A stretch of DNA of 64,000 nt from Corallococcus caeni (GTDB lineage Bacteria; Myxococcota; Myxococcia; Myxococcales; Myxococcaceae): positions 160,396 to 224,395 of the forward strand of contig NZ_BTTW01000008.1 in NCBI RefSeq assembly GCF_036245865.1, given 5' to 3'. The notes below the pieces were generated by a model that worked only from the letters and a program-made list of their open reading frames with translations, was not told where the DNA came from and did no database searches. Below, piece after piece: positions 36,399 through 45,880 of the stretch. Made by a program: the position numbers and the translations under genes. Position 1 is the stretch's first letter. Every line of letters starts with the position of its first letter.

Positions 36399-37672
36399 GA
36401 CAGGACTCGCGTCAGACGCGCGCGGAGGGACTTCTTCAAGTCGTCGCCCACCAGCTTCTGCAGCGCGCGGACGGGGCGGGACTTCTTGAACTGGCGGTAG
36501 CGCTCCAGCAGCACCTGCTCGCCGGGCCCCACGTACGGGTGCAGCGGCGAGTGGCCTCCGCGCTCCGCGCGCCAGACGTCGTCCAGCCAGTGGCCGTGCA
36601 TGGTGGACATCGCGGCCAGCGCGGGGCGCAGGTGCGTGTTCGTCCAGCCCTCCGCGTGCAGCGCTTCCAGACCGGAGGCCACCTGGCGCGTGCTGGACTC
36701 CCAGTCCGTGAACGCCTTCGCGGTGGCGAGCGCGTTCGTGCGCAGGTGCGCGAGGTACGCCGGCTGCGTGCTCAACAGCCGCAGGAACTGGACGATCTGC
36801 CGGTGGTTGTACGGCTCCACCATCAGCGAGTTCTGCCCGTGCACCATGTACTCGTCGGTGCCGGTGACGGTGTACGTGATGGCGGTGCCGCCCTGGGAGA
36901 ACATCTCCAGCGGCGGGCCGAACATGCCCTCCACGCGAGAGAGCTTCAGCAGCACGTCGTACTGGCCGTAGACCTGGTGCACCTGGTTGATGGGGATGCG
37001 CTCGTGCACCTGCACCGGCTGCCCGCCCACGGTGGGCTTCTGCCCGCCGGAGGACGACGCCAGCCACCCCGTCTCGAACTGGACGCCCGCCTGCGCCGCC
37101 AGTTCCAGGACCTCGAACGTCTCCGGCACGCCCTTGAAGCCCACGCCCCACGGGCCCTCCACCAGCACGCGCAGCTTGCCGCCACGCTGGGGCGGGGCCT
37201 GCACGCAGGGGAAGTGGTCGCGGGACAGGCCGTTCTGCACGTAGAGCGTGCGCCCCTCGGGCTGCAGCGTCTGGATGAACTCCACCAGCCACTTCGCCTC
37301 GGTGACGAACAGCAGCGGCAGCGAATACGTCTGCCGGTTGAGCAGCTTGTAGTGGCGCTCCGCGTGGAAGCGCGACTCCAGGCTCTGGTTCAGGTAGCCG
37401 TACACCCGGGCGTTGACGCGCCACAGGTCGTAGAAGGTGATCCACCACGTGGCCAGCGCGAAGTCGAAGGACTCGCCCTCGGCCTCCGCGAGCGACCGGC
37501 GCGGCAGGTCCGCCAGCCGCGGGTGCCACAGGGGATACGTCAGCTTGACGGGGCCCGGGGTGATGAGGACGGCCTCATGGCCGAGGTCCTGGAGCCGTGA
37601 GGCGTACTCCAGGATGACGTTGGACCCACCGGAGATATTGGCGATGTCCCCAACGAGGAACCCGATCTTCAT
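36395..37672 (-). CDS. Glycosyltransferase (GT1/GT4 fold)
   Basis: The 425-aa protein starts with MKIGFLVGDIANISGGSNVILEY. Confidence 0.7.
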   Translation of the reverse strand: MKIGFLVGDIANISGGSNVILEYASRLQDLGHEAVLITPGPVKLTYPLWHPRLADLPRRSLAEAEGESFDFALATWWITFYDLWRVNARVYGYLNQSLESRFHAERHYKLLNRQTYSLPLLFVTEAKWLVEFIQTLQPEGRTLYVQNGLSRDHFPCVQAPPQRGGKLRVLVEGPWGVGFKGVPETFEVLELAAQAGVQFETGWLASSSGGQKPTVGGQPVQVHERIPINQVHQVYGQYDVLLKLSRVEGMFGPPLEMFSQGGTAITYTVTGTDEYMVHGQNSLMVEPYNHRQIVQFLRLLSTQPAYLAHLRTNALATAKAFTDWESSTRQVASGLEALHAEGWTNTHLRPALAAMSTMHGHWLDDVWRAERGGHSPLHPYVGPGEQVLLERYRQFKKSRPVRALQKLVGDDLKKSLRARLTRVLS

Positions 37673-37861
37673 GCCTTGGCAACTCGCGTCGTGGGCTGGA
37701 TGCGGCCCGGAGGAAACGATTCGCCGCCGCCGTTGATTCTCCCCGTGGCATCCCCCTCAGGATTGACGAGGCAGGCGAAGCGAGGGGCCGATGTAGCGCG
37801 GAGATGGTTGCTGCGTCAACGCCCGCCAGGGCCGCTGTCCGTCGAGCAGGCAGCCATTCGC

Positions 37862-38317
37862 TCAGGGTGAGGATGGGCCTGGCGGATCCTTCTCCAGCTG
37901 CTTCAACCGCGCTTCCAGTTCGCGCCGCCACAGCGCCTGCGTCCGCGCGTGTTCGCGCTGGTTCTCGATGACGACGGTGAGCGCGTCCAGGATGGCCTCG
38001 TTGAAGTGCACCTGGCGGCGCAGCACCTCGTTGATGAACGGCTGGAACGCGCCGCGGAACGTCCGCTTGGCGAACACGAGCACGGGCCCCAGGACGGGGC
38101 GGTGCGACGTCGCAGGCTCCACGTAGCGCACGTCCGCCTTGGCCCGGGCCTCCAGCAGCAGCGCCGGCCACTGGCCCGCGACGGGGGCGCGCAGCGACGC
38201 GGCCAGCGTGCGGCGCAGGTGGTCGCGCGCGGCGGCGGACGGCTCGGGGAGCCGCTCGGTGGCGGCGGCCACGGCCTGGGCCGTGGGCTCGGCCGTGAGC
38301 AGGTCAGCGGCGTGCAT
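37862..38317 (-). CDS. Hypothetical protein
   Basis: The 151-aa ORF overlaps the upstream GT4 stop by 14 bp. It has no recognised motifs. Confidence 0.35.
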   Translation of the reverse strand: MHAADLLTAEPTAQAVAAATERLPEPSAAARDHLRRTLAASLRAPVAGQWPALLLEARAKADVRYVEPATSHRPVLGPVLVFAKRTFRGAFQPFINEVLRRQVHFNEAILDALTVVIENQREHARTQALWRRELEARLKQLEKDPPGPSSP

Positions 38318-39953
38318 CGCGGGCTCCTCGCTTCTTCTTCGATGACAGGGCCTGGACCAGGACGTTGGCCACCGCGTCCAGGTCCGTGCGGTCCAGCTCC
38401 ACCAGGCGCGGCCCCAGGTGGTGCCGGGCCGCCTCCGTCGACGCCTCGTCGGACGCGCCGGCCGCGTCGCGCACCCCCCAGCTCCGCCGCCCCACGCTGG
38501 CCATCAGCGCCTGCGCCGCGGCGGTGTCCACGCCCAACAGCACCACCTTCCCGGACGACGCCCGCACCGCCGTCTCCAGCGACGACGAGCTCGGCAGCAG
38601 CTCGGGCGCGGGGCCGACGGGCTGGTCGGGGGTGAAGTGCCAGACAGGCGCTCCTCCGGTCGTCTGGGGCCCGAGCGAGAGAGTGGGCTCCTCGCCGCGC
38701 CCCCGGAGGGCGAGGATGCGGGAGTCAGGCAGGCGGCGGTGCAGCTCGCGGGCGAGCCGCGACATGGGCGCCTCCGGCCGCGCGGAGAAGCCGGGGCAGA
38801 CGAGTTCGATGGCGGGCGCCTGCGAGGCGGCCACCGCCGGACCGGGCCCGCTTCCTCCCAGCCAGCCCTGCAGCGCGGTGCGCACCTGCGCGGCCACGGC
38901 CTTCTGGGACAGCCCGGCCACGCGGGCGCGCTGCGCGGTGAGCACCTGCTGGCGCAGCGCGGGTTCGCGCTCCAGCACCGCGAGCAGCTGCGCCACGTCC
39001 ATGGGCTCGCGCGAGAACGTGGTGAGGCCCGCGCCGCCCATCGTCTCCGGGACGGCCGCGGCGCCGTACGCGACGACGGGGACGTCGCGGTACATGGCCT
39101 CCAGCAGCGGCACGCCGAAGCCCTCGTGCCGGCTCATGGAGAGGTAGGCCGTGGCGGACGCGAAGCAGGCGGACAGCTGCGCGGCGTTGACGCGGCCCAG
39201 GAACTGGATGCGGTCCGGGCCGAGCAGGTCCTTGAGGCCGTGCAGGAAACCGCCATAAGGCGCGTCGCGGTGGATGTTGCCCGCGATGAGCAGGCGGCTC
39301 TTGGGCTGGTACAGGCGCTGGTACGCGGTGAAGACGCGCAGCACGTCGTCCACGTACTTGCTGGGCACCGCGCGGCCCACGAAGAGGATGTTGGAGCAGC
39401 CGTCGTCCAGCTCCGCCATCAGCGCAGGGTCTGGCGGCGTGTCGAACGCGTTCCAGTCGATGGCGAAGGGCAGCACGTCCACGCGCGGGTAGCCCGCGGC
39501 GACCAGCTCCTCCGCGCTGAAGCGCGAGTAGGCGAAGGCGCCGTCCACGTGCGGGCGCAGCGCGAGCAACTCCAGGCGGGCGGCGTCGCACGCGAGCACC
39601 GCGCCCCGGTCATAGCCCTCGAAGAGCCGGGCGGGGGTGATGTTGTGGTAGACGAGCAGCTTGCGTCCGCGCGACCGGGCGATGAGCGGCACCTGCCTCG
39701 ATTCGAAGCTGTGGTGCACGAGCAGCACGGAGTCGCGGGTGGCCTCGCGCGGGTAGCTCCTGGCGGCGCGCACCTGGTCGCGGCACGCGTCGTCCCAGGA
39801 GTCCGCGTAGATTTCGGAGGTGTGGCCCCAGGAGCGCAGCAGGCTCTGGAGGTAGCGCACCTGGTTGCCAATCGCGTCACCCCACGCCAGGCGGGTGACC
39901 AGCTGATGGATGTGCAAGGGTCCGCCCGGGCCGTGAGGAGGTCGCGGTGACAC
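38304..39953 (-). CDS. Glycosyltransferase family 4
   Basis: The 549-aa protein has an EGFGVPLLEAM-type motif within a GT4 C-terminal domain. Confidence 0.75.
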   Translation of the reverse strand: MSPRPPHGPGGPLHIHQLVTRLAWGDAIGNQVRYLQSLLRSWGHTSEIYADSWDDACRDQVRAARSYPREATRDSVLLVHHSFESRQVPLIARSRGRKLLVYHNITPARLFEGYDRGAVLACDAARLELLALRPHVDGAFAYSRFSAEELVAAGYPRVDVLPFAIDWNAFDTPPDPALMAELDDGCSNILFVGRAVPSKYVDDVLRVFTAYQRLYQPKSRLLIAGNIHRDAPYGGFLHGLKDLLGPDRIQFLGRVNAAQLSACFASATAYLSMSRHEGFGVPLLEAMYRDVPVVAYGAAAVPETMGGAGLTTFSREPMDVAQLLAVLEREPALRQQVLTAQRARVAGLSQKAVAAQVRTALQGWLGGSGPGPAVAASQAPAIELVCPGFSARPEAPMSRLARELHRRLPDSRILALRGRGEEPTLSLGPQTTGGAPVWHFTPDQPVGPAPELLPSSSSLETAVRASSGKVVLLGVDTAAAQALMASVGRRSWGVRDAAGASDEASTEAARHHLGPRLVELDRTDLDAVANVLVQALSSKKKRGARDARR

Positions 39954-40069
39954 GCGCGCGTTCCCTTACAACCGTCCAGCCCGCCCTTACAAGGGCGCCG
40001 CACGTGCCTTGACGGGGGGACTTCCGCACAGTAGCCAGGGCGGCCCACGCGTCCCCCAAGGTTGGGTCC

Positions 40070-41092
40070 ATGTCAACGAACGTCCTGGTCACGGGAGGGT
40101 GCGGCTTCATCGGGTCCAACCTGGTCCGTTACCTGCTCCGCGAGCGGCCGGACTGGAAGGTCGTCAACCTGGACCGGCTCACCTACGCCGGCAACCTGGA
40201 GAACCTCGCCGGCCTGGAGGACGACACCCGCCACGTCTTCGTGCACGGCGACGTGGGCGACCGGGCGTGCGTGGACCGGGTGCTCCAGGAGCACGCCATC
40301 GACAGCGTCCTCCATCTGGCCGCGGAGAGCCACGTGGACCGCTCCATCGAAGGCCCGGCCGTCTTCGTCACCACCAACGTCCTGGGCACGCAGCACCTGC
40401 TGGAGGCCTGCCGCGTGCACGGCGTCCGGCGGTTCGTGCAGGTCTCCACGGACGAGGTGTACGGCTCGCTGGGGCCCTCCGGGGCGTTCACGGAAGCGTC
40501 GCCCCTCCAGCCCTCCAGCCCCTATTCGGCGTCCAAGACGGGCGCGGACCTGCTGGCCCTGGCGTACCACCACACCTACGGCCTGGACGTGGTGGTGACC
40601 CGCTGCTCGAACAACTACGGCCGCTACCAGTTCCCGGAGAAGCTCATCCCCCGCATGGTGGTGAACGCGCTGAGGAACCAGCCGCTGCCCGTCTACGGCG
40701 ACGGCCAGCACGTGCGCGACTGGTTGCACGTGGAGGACCACTGCCAGGGGCTGCTCCAGGCGCTGGAGCGGGGCCGGGCGGGGCAGGTCTACAACCTGGG
40801 CGGCGGCGCGGAGCGCAAGAACCTGGACCTGGTGAAGGGCATCCTCGCGGCGCTGGGCAAGCCGGAGTCGCTCATCGAGTTCGTCACGGACCGCCTGGGG
40901 CACGACCGCCGCTACGCCATCGACCCCGCGAAGAGCCGGTGCGAGCTGGGCTGGACGCCCACGCATTCCTTCGAAGCGGGGCTGGCGGACACGGTGCGCT
41001 GGTACGTGGAGCACCCGGAGTGGTGGGAGCGCGTGCTGAGCGGTGCGTACCGGAGCACCGTGACGCTGACGCGCCGGAGGAACGGAGCATGA
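40070..41092 (+). CDS. rfbB: dTDP-glucose 4,6-dehydratase
   Basis: It has VLVTGGCGFIGSN, a YxxxK short-chain dehydrogenase signature and overall RfbB-like sequence. Confidence 0.9.
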   Translation: MSTNVLVTGGCGFIGSNLVRYLLRERPDWKVVNLDRLTYAGNLENLAGLEDDTRHVFVHGDVGDRACVDRVLQEHAIDSVLHLAAESHVDRSIEGPAVFVTTNVLGTQHLLEACRVHGVRRFVQVSTDEVYGSLGPSGAFTEASPLQPSSPYSASKTGADLLALAYHHTYGLDVVVTRCSNNYGRYQFPEKLIPRMVVNALRNQPLPVYGDGQHVRDWLHVEDHCQGLLQALERGRAGQVYNLGGGAERKNLDLVKGILAALGKPESLIEFVTDRLGHDRRYAIDPAKSRCELGWTPTHSFEAGLADTVRWYVEHPEWWERVLSGAYRSTVTLTRRRNGA

Positions 41093-42003
41093 GCCGCTTC
41101 GTCGTGACGGGAGCGAACGGGCTGGTGGGGCGCCGGGCGTGCGCGCTGCTGGCCGCGCGGGGGCACTCGGTGGTCGGAGTGGGGAAGGGCCCGCGCCGCG
41201 CCTTGGGGCCGTTCGACTACGAGGCGCTGGACCTCACGCGCGAGGCGGACGTGGCGCCCGCGTTGGGGCGGCTGTCCCCGGCGGTCGTCCTGCACTGCGC
41301 GTCCATGACGGAGGTGGACGCCTGCGAGAAGGCGCCCGAGGCCGCGTACGCCGCGAACGTCACCGCCACGGCGGCGGTGGCCCGCTGGACGCGCGAGGCC
41401 GGCGCGCACCTGGTGCACGTGTCCACCGACTACGTCTTCGACGGCGACGCGGGGCCCTACGGTGAGGACGCGGTGCCGAACCCGCGCGGCGTCTACGCGG
41501 TGACGAAGCACATGGGCGAACAGGCCGCGCGCGTGCTCTCGCCCGGGTGCGCGATTGCGCGGACCGCGGTGGTGTATGGCTGGCCTCCAGTGGAGGGCCG
41601 GCTCAACTTCGGCGCGTGGCTGGTGAAGACGCTGTCGGCGGGGCAGCCGGTGAAGCTCTTCGAGGATCAGGTCGTGTCCCCGAGCTTCGCGGACAACGTG
41701 GCCGCGATGCTGGTGGAGATGGGCGAGCGGCGGCTGGGCGGGACGTGGAACACCTGCGGCGGCACGGTGCTGGACCGCGTGGCCTTCGGGCGGGCGCTGT
41801 GCGACGTGTTCGGCTTCGACGGGGGCCTGGTGGTCCCCACGCGGATGGCGGACCTGAAGTTGTCAGCGCCCCGGCCGCTGAAGAGCGGGCTCTTGACGGA
41901 CAAGGCGCGGGAACAGCTGTCGGAGAAGCCGCTGGCGCTGGCGGAGTCCCTGCGGCGCTTCCATGCGAGCTGGCTCGAGGCCCAGGCCGGGGAGGCGGGA
42001 TGA
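41089..42003 (+). CDS. rfbD: dTDP-4-dehydrorhamnose reductase
   Basis: The protein starts [15 protein letters not shown] and contains YAVTKH. The start overlaps the rfbB stop (ATGA). Confidence 0.85.
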   Translation: MSRFVVTGANGLVGRRACALLAARGHSVVGVGKGPRRALGPFDYEALDLTREADVAPALGRLSPAVVLHCASMTEVDACEKAPEAAYAANVTATAAVARWTREAGAHLVHVSTDYVFDGDAGPYGEDAVPNPRGVYAVTKHMGEQAARVLSPGCAIARTAVVYGWPPVEGRLNFGAWLVKTLSAGQPVKLFEDQVVSPSFADNVAAMLVEMGERRLGGTWNTCGGTVLDRVAFGRALCDVFGFDGGLVVPTRMADLKLSAPRPLKSGLLTDKAREQLSEKPLALAESLRRFHASWLEAQAGEAG

Positions 42004-42881
42004 AGGGAATCATCCTCGCGGGAGGCTCGGGGACGCGCCTGTATCCGCTGACGCTCGTGGTGAGCAAGCAACTGCTGCCCGTCTACGACAAGCCGATGAT
42101 CTACTACCCGCTGACCACGCTGATGCTGGCGGGCATCCGGGAGGTGTTGATCATCTCCACGCCGCACGACCTGCCGCGCTTCCGCGACCTGCTGGGCGAC
42201 GGCGAGCAGTGGGGCATGTCCTTCCAGTACGCGGAGCAGCCCCGGCCGGAGGGCCTGGCGCAGGCGTTCGTCATTGGCCGGGACTTCGTGGGGAGCGACG
42301 CCGTGTCGCTCATCCTGGGGGACAACATCTTCTACGGGGACGGCCTGAGCGAGCTGGTGCGCCGGGCGGTGCGGCGCGCGTCCGGGGCGACGGTGTTCGG
42401 CTACCAGGTGAAGGATCCGCAGCGCTACGGCGTGGTGGAGCTGGCGCCGGGCAACCGGGCCATCAGCATCGAGGAGAAGCCCGCGAAGCCGAAGTCCCAC
42501 TACGCCGTCACGGGGCTGTACTTCTACGACAACCAGGTGCTGGACATCGCCGCCGCGCTGAAGCCCAGCAAGCGGGGCGAGCTGGAGATCACCGACGTCA
42601 ACGCGGAGTACATGCGCCGCGACCAGCTCACGGTGGAGTTGATGGGCCGCGGCTACGCGTGGCTGGACACCGGGACGCACGAGTCGCTGATGCAGGCCTC
42701 GTCGTTCATCGAGATCATCGAGCGCCGGCAGGGCCTGAAGATCGCCTGCCCGGAGGAGATCGCCTACCGCATGGGCTACATCGACGAGGCGCGGCTGGAG
42801 GCGCTCGCGGAGCCCATGTTGAAGAACGACTACGGCCAGTACCTGAAGGCGCTCCTGGGGACCCGGGGGACGACGCCATGA
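42000..42881 (+). CDS. rfbA: Glucose-1-phosphate thymidylyltransferase
   Basis: It contains [18 protein letters not shown] and [16 protein letters not shown]. The start overlaps the rfbD stop (ATGA). Confidence 0.9.
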   Translation: MKGIILAGGSGTRLYPLTLVVSKQLLPVYDKPMIYYPLTTLMLAGIREVLIISTPHDLPRFRDLLGDGEQWGMSFQYAEQPRPEGLAQAFVIGRDFVGSDAVSLILGDNIFYGDGLSELVRRAVRRASGATVFGYQVKDPQRYGVVELAPGNRAISIEEKPAKPKSHYAVTGLYFYDNQVLDIAAALKPSKRGELEITDVNAEYMRRDQLTVELMGRGYAWLDTGTHESLMQASSFIEIIERRQGLKIACPEEIAYRMGYIDEARLEALAEPMLKNDYGQYLKALLGTRGTTP

Positions 42882-43423
42882 AGGTGCAGACGACGGAGCT
42901 TCCCGGGGTCCTGCTGCTGGAGCCCCGCGTGTTCGGAGACTCGCGGGGCTTCTTCGTGGAGACGTTCCACGCCCAGCGCTACCAGGACGCGGGCATCCCG
43001 AGCGCCTTCGTGCAGGACAACCTGTCGCGGTCGGTGCGGGGCACGCTCCGGGGCCTGCACTTCCAGGAACCGAACGGGCAGGGGAAGCTGGTGCAGGTGC
43101 TGGCGGGCGCGGTCTGGGACGTGGTGGTGGACGTGCGCAAGGGCTCGCCCACGTTCGGCCGGTGGATGGGGGCGGAGCTGTCCTCCGGCAACAAGTGGCA
43201 GCTGTGGATCCCCCCGGGCTTCGCGCACGGGTTCTGCGTGCTGAGCGACTCGGCGGACTTCTTCTACAAGTGCACCGCGCAATACGCCCCGGAGTCCGAG
43301 CGGAGCGTGGCCTGGGACGATCCGGACCTGGCCATCCCCTGGCCCGTGAAGGAGCCGCTGCTGTCGGTGAAGGATCAGCGCGCGCCCCGGCTGAAGGACG
43401 CCCAGGTGCTGCCCGTCTACTGA
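42877..43423 (+). CDS. rfbC: dTDP-4-dehydrorhamnose 3,5-epimerase
   Basis: It contains VFGDSRGFF and RGLHFQ. The start overlaps the rfbA stop (ATGA). Confidence 0.9.
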
Positions 43424-43589
43424 GCTTCGGGCGGCCGGGCAGGCTTGGGACGGGGGCTTGTCATTCCATGCGCCCTGCGCGGTGAGCAGGCAGGGGGGCA
43501 GGCAACGTCCCAGGGGAGGAAGCCGACCGGGGGATGGAATGCCCAATCTCCTCCGAGGAGGAGAAGGCATGGTCCTGCCCGGCAGGGGA

Positions 43590-44630
43590 ATGAGTTGGAA
43601 GGAGTTCTTCAAGTCCCTCAAGGACGAGTGGGGGCGCGACAACGTGGGCAACGTCGCGGGGGCGCTGACGTTCCAGAGCATCCTCGCGCTGTTCCCGTTC
43701 CTGCTGTTCCTCGTGTCGCTGGCCGGCGTGCTGATTGATCCGCATCAGGCGCAGCAGCTCATCCAGGAGCTGTCCAAGGTGGCGCCCCAGGAGGTGACGA
43801 AGATCCTGGGCGAGCGGCTGGAGGCGCTGGCGACCAGCAACCCGGTGGGACTCCTGACCATCGGTGGCGTGGGCGCCATCTGGGCGGCGTCAGGCGGCGT
43901 GGTGGCGCTGATGGAGGCGCTCAACACCGTGTACGGCGTGGAGGAGAAGCGCCCCTTCTGGAAGAAGCGGGGCATCGCGCTGCTGACGACGCTGGGCACG
44001 GCGGTGACGGTGGTGCTGGCGGCCATCGTCGCGATCGTCACCCCGGCGGTGGCGGACAAGCTGGGTGAACCGCTGGCGGGCCTCATGCTGTGGCTGCGCA
44101 TGCCGGTGGCCGGCATCCTGATGATGCTGCTGCTGGCGGTGCTCTATTACGTGCTGCCGGACGTGAAGCAGAAGTTCAAGTTCATCACCCCGGGTTCGGT
44201 GGTGAGCGTGATCATCTGGGTGATCGCGTCGTGGGGCTTCTCGAAGTACGTGTCGAACTTCGGCTCGTATGACGTGAACTACGGCGCCATCGGCGGTGTC
44301 ATCGTGATGCTGCTGTGGATGCAGATCTCCTGCATGGTCGTGCTGCTGGGTGCGGAGATCAACGGCGTCCTCGAGCACAAGTCACCGGATGGGAAGTCGC
44401 CGGGCCAGCGGGATCCGGACGCGCCGGGACCGAACGTGACGAAGACGGAGGCGGAGGAGCAGGGCGCGAACCTGCCCGGCGCCACCGACTTCCGGCCCAT
44501 CCCGCCGCAGCCGAGCTACCAGAGCCAGCCGGTGCCCCTGAGCAAGACGCCCCTGGCCGCGGCGGCGAAGTGGGCCGCGGGTGTGGGCCTGGGCGTGTTC
44601 CTGATGCGCCGCAAGTCCGCGGCGCGGTAG
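43590..44630 (+). CDS. YihY/BrkB-family inner-membrane protein
   Basis: The start is the internal ATG (MSWKEFFKSLKDEWGRDNVGNVAGALTFQSILALFPF) of track ORF 43458..44630. It has multiple TM helices. Confidence 0.8.
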   Translation: MSWKEFFKSLKDEWGRDNVGNVAGALTFQSILALFPFLLFLVSLAGVLIDPHQAQQLIQELSKVAPQEVTKILGERLEALATSNPVGLLTIGGVGAIWAASGGVVALMEALNTVYGVEEKRPFWKKRGIALLTTLGTAVTVVLAAIVAIVTPAVADKLGEPLAGLMLWLRMPVAGILMMLLLAVLYYVLPDVKQKFKFITPGSVVSVIIWVIASWGFSKYVSNFGSYDVNYGAIGGVIVMLLWMQISCMVVLLGAEINGVLEHKSPDGKSPGQRDPDAPGPNVTKTEAEEQGANLPGATDFRPIPPQPSYQSQPVPLSKTPLAAAAKWAAGVGLGVFLMRRKSAAR

Positions 44631-44648
44631 GCACGACAACGCCTTGCA

Positions 44649-44689
44649 CGGCGGGCGGTCCTCGCGAGGGGGCCGCCCGTTGTCTTTTC
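44649..44689. terminator. Rho-independent terminator between convergent genes
   Basis: A GC hairpin (CGGGCGG tCCTCGCGAGGgg CCGCCCG) is followed by TTGTCTTTTC. Confidence 0.6.
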
Positions 44690-45173
44690 AGGGGAGCGGA
44701 GAGGTGACGTAGTCCTTCCCGTCGGAATGACAGCCGTGGCAGCTGGAGTGGGCGCGGCCGTAATAGTTGTCGGAGTAGGTCGGGCCGAAGCCCTCGTAGA
44801 AGACCCAGGTGTCCTTGCCGGGGCCCTCGGCGACCTTCACGTCCAGCGCGTGGCCCCGGAGCGTCTTCCCGTCGTCCTCGAAGAGCTCCTTCACGAGGAT
44901 GCTGCCCACGGGATGGGTGGCATTGCCTTCCCGGAGCGAGCTCGCGACGACGTCGTTGAAGAAGACGCGGACCTTGCTGCCGTGAGGGGCGCGCGTGTCG
45001 TGGACGGAGGGCTCCGCGAGCCAGGAGCTGTACTGGCCGGAGCGCACGAAGGCGGTGATGCCCTGTTCGGACGTGTCGAGCTGCTGGATGACGCCGAGCC
45101 CCTCGTCCACGGAGGAGGAGGGACCGCAGGCGCTGGCGAACAGGAGCGGCAGGAGCAGGGCATGGGGGCGCAT
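44688..45173 (-). CDS. Lipoprotein with a C-terminal CxxCH heme motif, resembling cytochrome P460 / cytochrome c'-beta
   Basis: The 161-aa protein has the lipobox LFASAC and a single CHGCH motif 15 residues from the C-terminus. Confidence 0.5.
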   Translation of the reverse strand: MRPHALLLPLLFASACGPSSSVDEGLGVIQQLDTSEQGITAFVRSGQYSSWLAEPSVHDTRAPHGSKVRVFFNDVVASSLREGNATHPVGSILVKELFEDDGKTLRGHALDVKVAEGPGKDTWVFYEGFGPTYSDNYYGRAHSSCHGCHSDGKDYVTSPLP

Positions 45174-45221
45174 GCACTGGGCTACGCCCCGGGCGCCGGG
45201 ACGGTTACAGCGGCGGACTGC

Positions 45222-45842
45222 TCATTGGGGCGAATAGGTGTGGGTCAGGTCGATGACCAGGGACTCCACGATGGGCGGAAACGCGAGCTCGATGTGGCCC
45301 CGGTTCAGATCCGCGCGGGTGACCTGGTAGGAGGTTCCGCCGAACTCGTCATCGAAGGTGAAGTCATCGTTGTCGAAGATGGAGATCTCGATGGGGTGCA
45401 GGAGGAGGTTGGACGTGATGACCTCACAGCTGCCCGAGCGCCATTCGGGCTCCCAGCTCTCGTCCTCGGCGGTGCGGGTGCGCTCCGGAGCGGAGGGGCA
45501 GCGCATCTCCACGACGACGTCGGGAGGGGAGCCGTCGGAATCCCAGTCCTCGCCGTTGTCCGGATCGACGTCCACGATGAAGGCCCGGCGGGGCTGCACC
45601 CGCGTCCGCATCACGCCCGCGTAACAGGCCCGGGTATCGAGCCGACAGACATTGCCGTCGGGACAGCTCTCACAGAGGGCGCCGCTGGAGCCGCAGAGGG
45701 CGTCGCCGAGGTCGAGGACGCACACGTTGCTCACGGAGCAGCAGCCGTTCGCGCAGCTCTCCGGAGTGCACTCGGGCTCACCGCAGGCCGGGAGGAAGAG
45801 GGCGCACGTCAGGGCCATCAGGAGCAGGCAGGGCGTTTTCAT
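45222..45842 (-). CDS. Cys-rich lipoprotein (paralogue A)
   Basis: The start is the internal ATG (MKTPCLLLMALTCALFLPACG) of track ORF 45222..45920. It is paralogous to the 50338..51018 product. Confidence 0.6.
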   Translation of the reverse strand: MKTPCLLLMALTCALFLPACGEPECTPESCANGCCSVSNVCVLDLGDALCGSSGALCESCPDGNVCRLDTRACYAGVMRTRVQPRRAFIVDVDPDNGEDWDSDGSPPDVVVEMRCPSAPERTRTAEDESWEPEWRSGSCEVITSNLLLHPIEISIFDNDDFTFDDEFGGTSYQVTRADLNRGHIELAFPPIVESLVIDLTHTYSPQ

Positions 45843-45880
45843 GACGGTCGTGAAGGCTACCAGAGGCGGTTCACTTCGCG

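Noticed and set aside
33201-36500. 1099-aa plus-strand ORF
   Set aside because: It is antisense to the HAD-like and glycosyltransferase genes.
38418-39950. 510-aa plus-strand ORF
   Set aside because: It is antisense to the GT4 glycosyltransferase.
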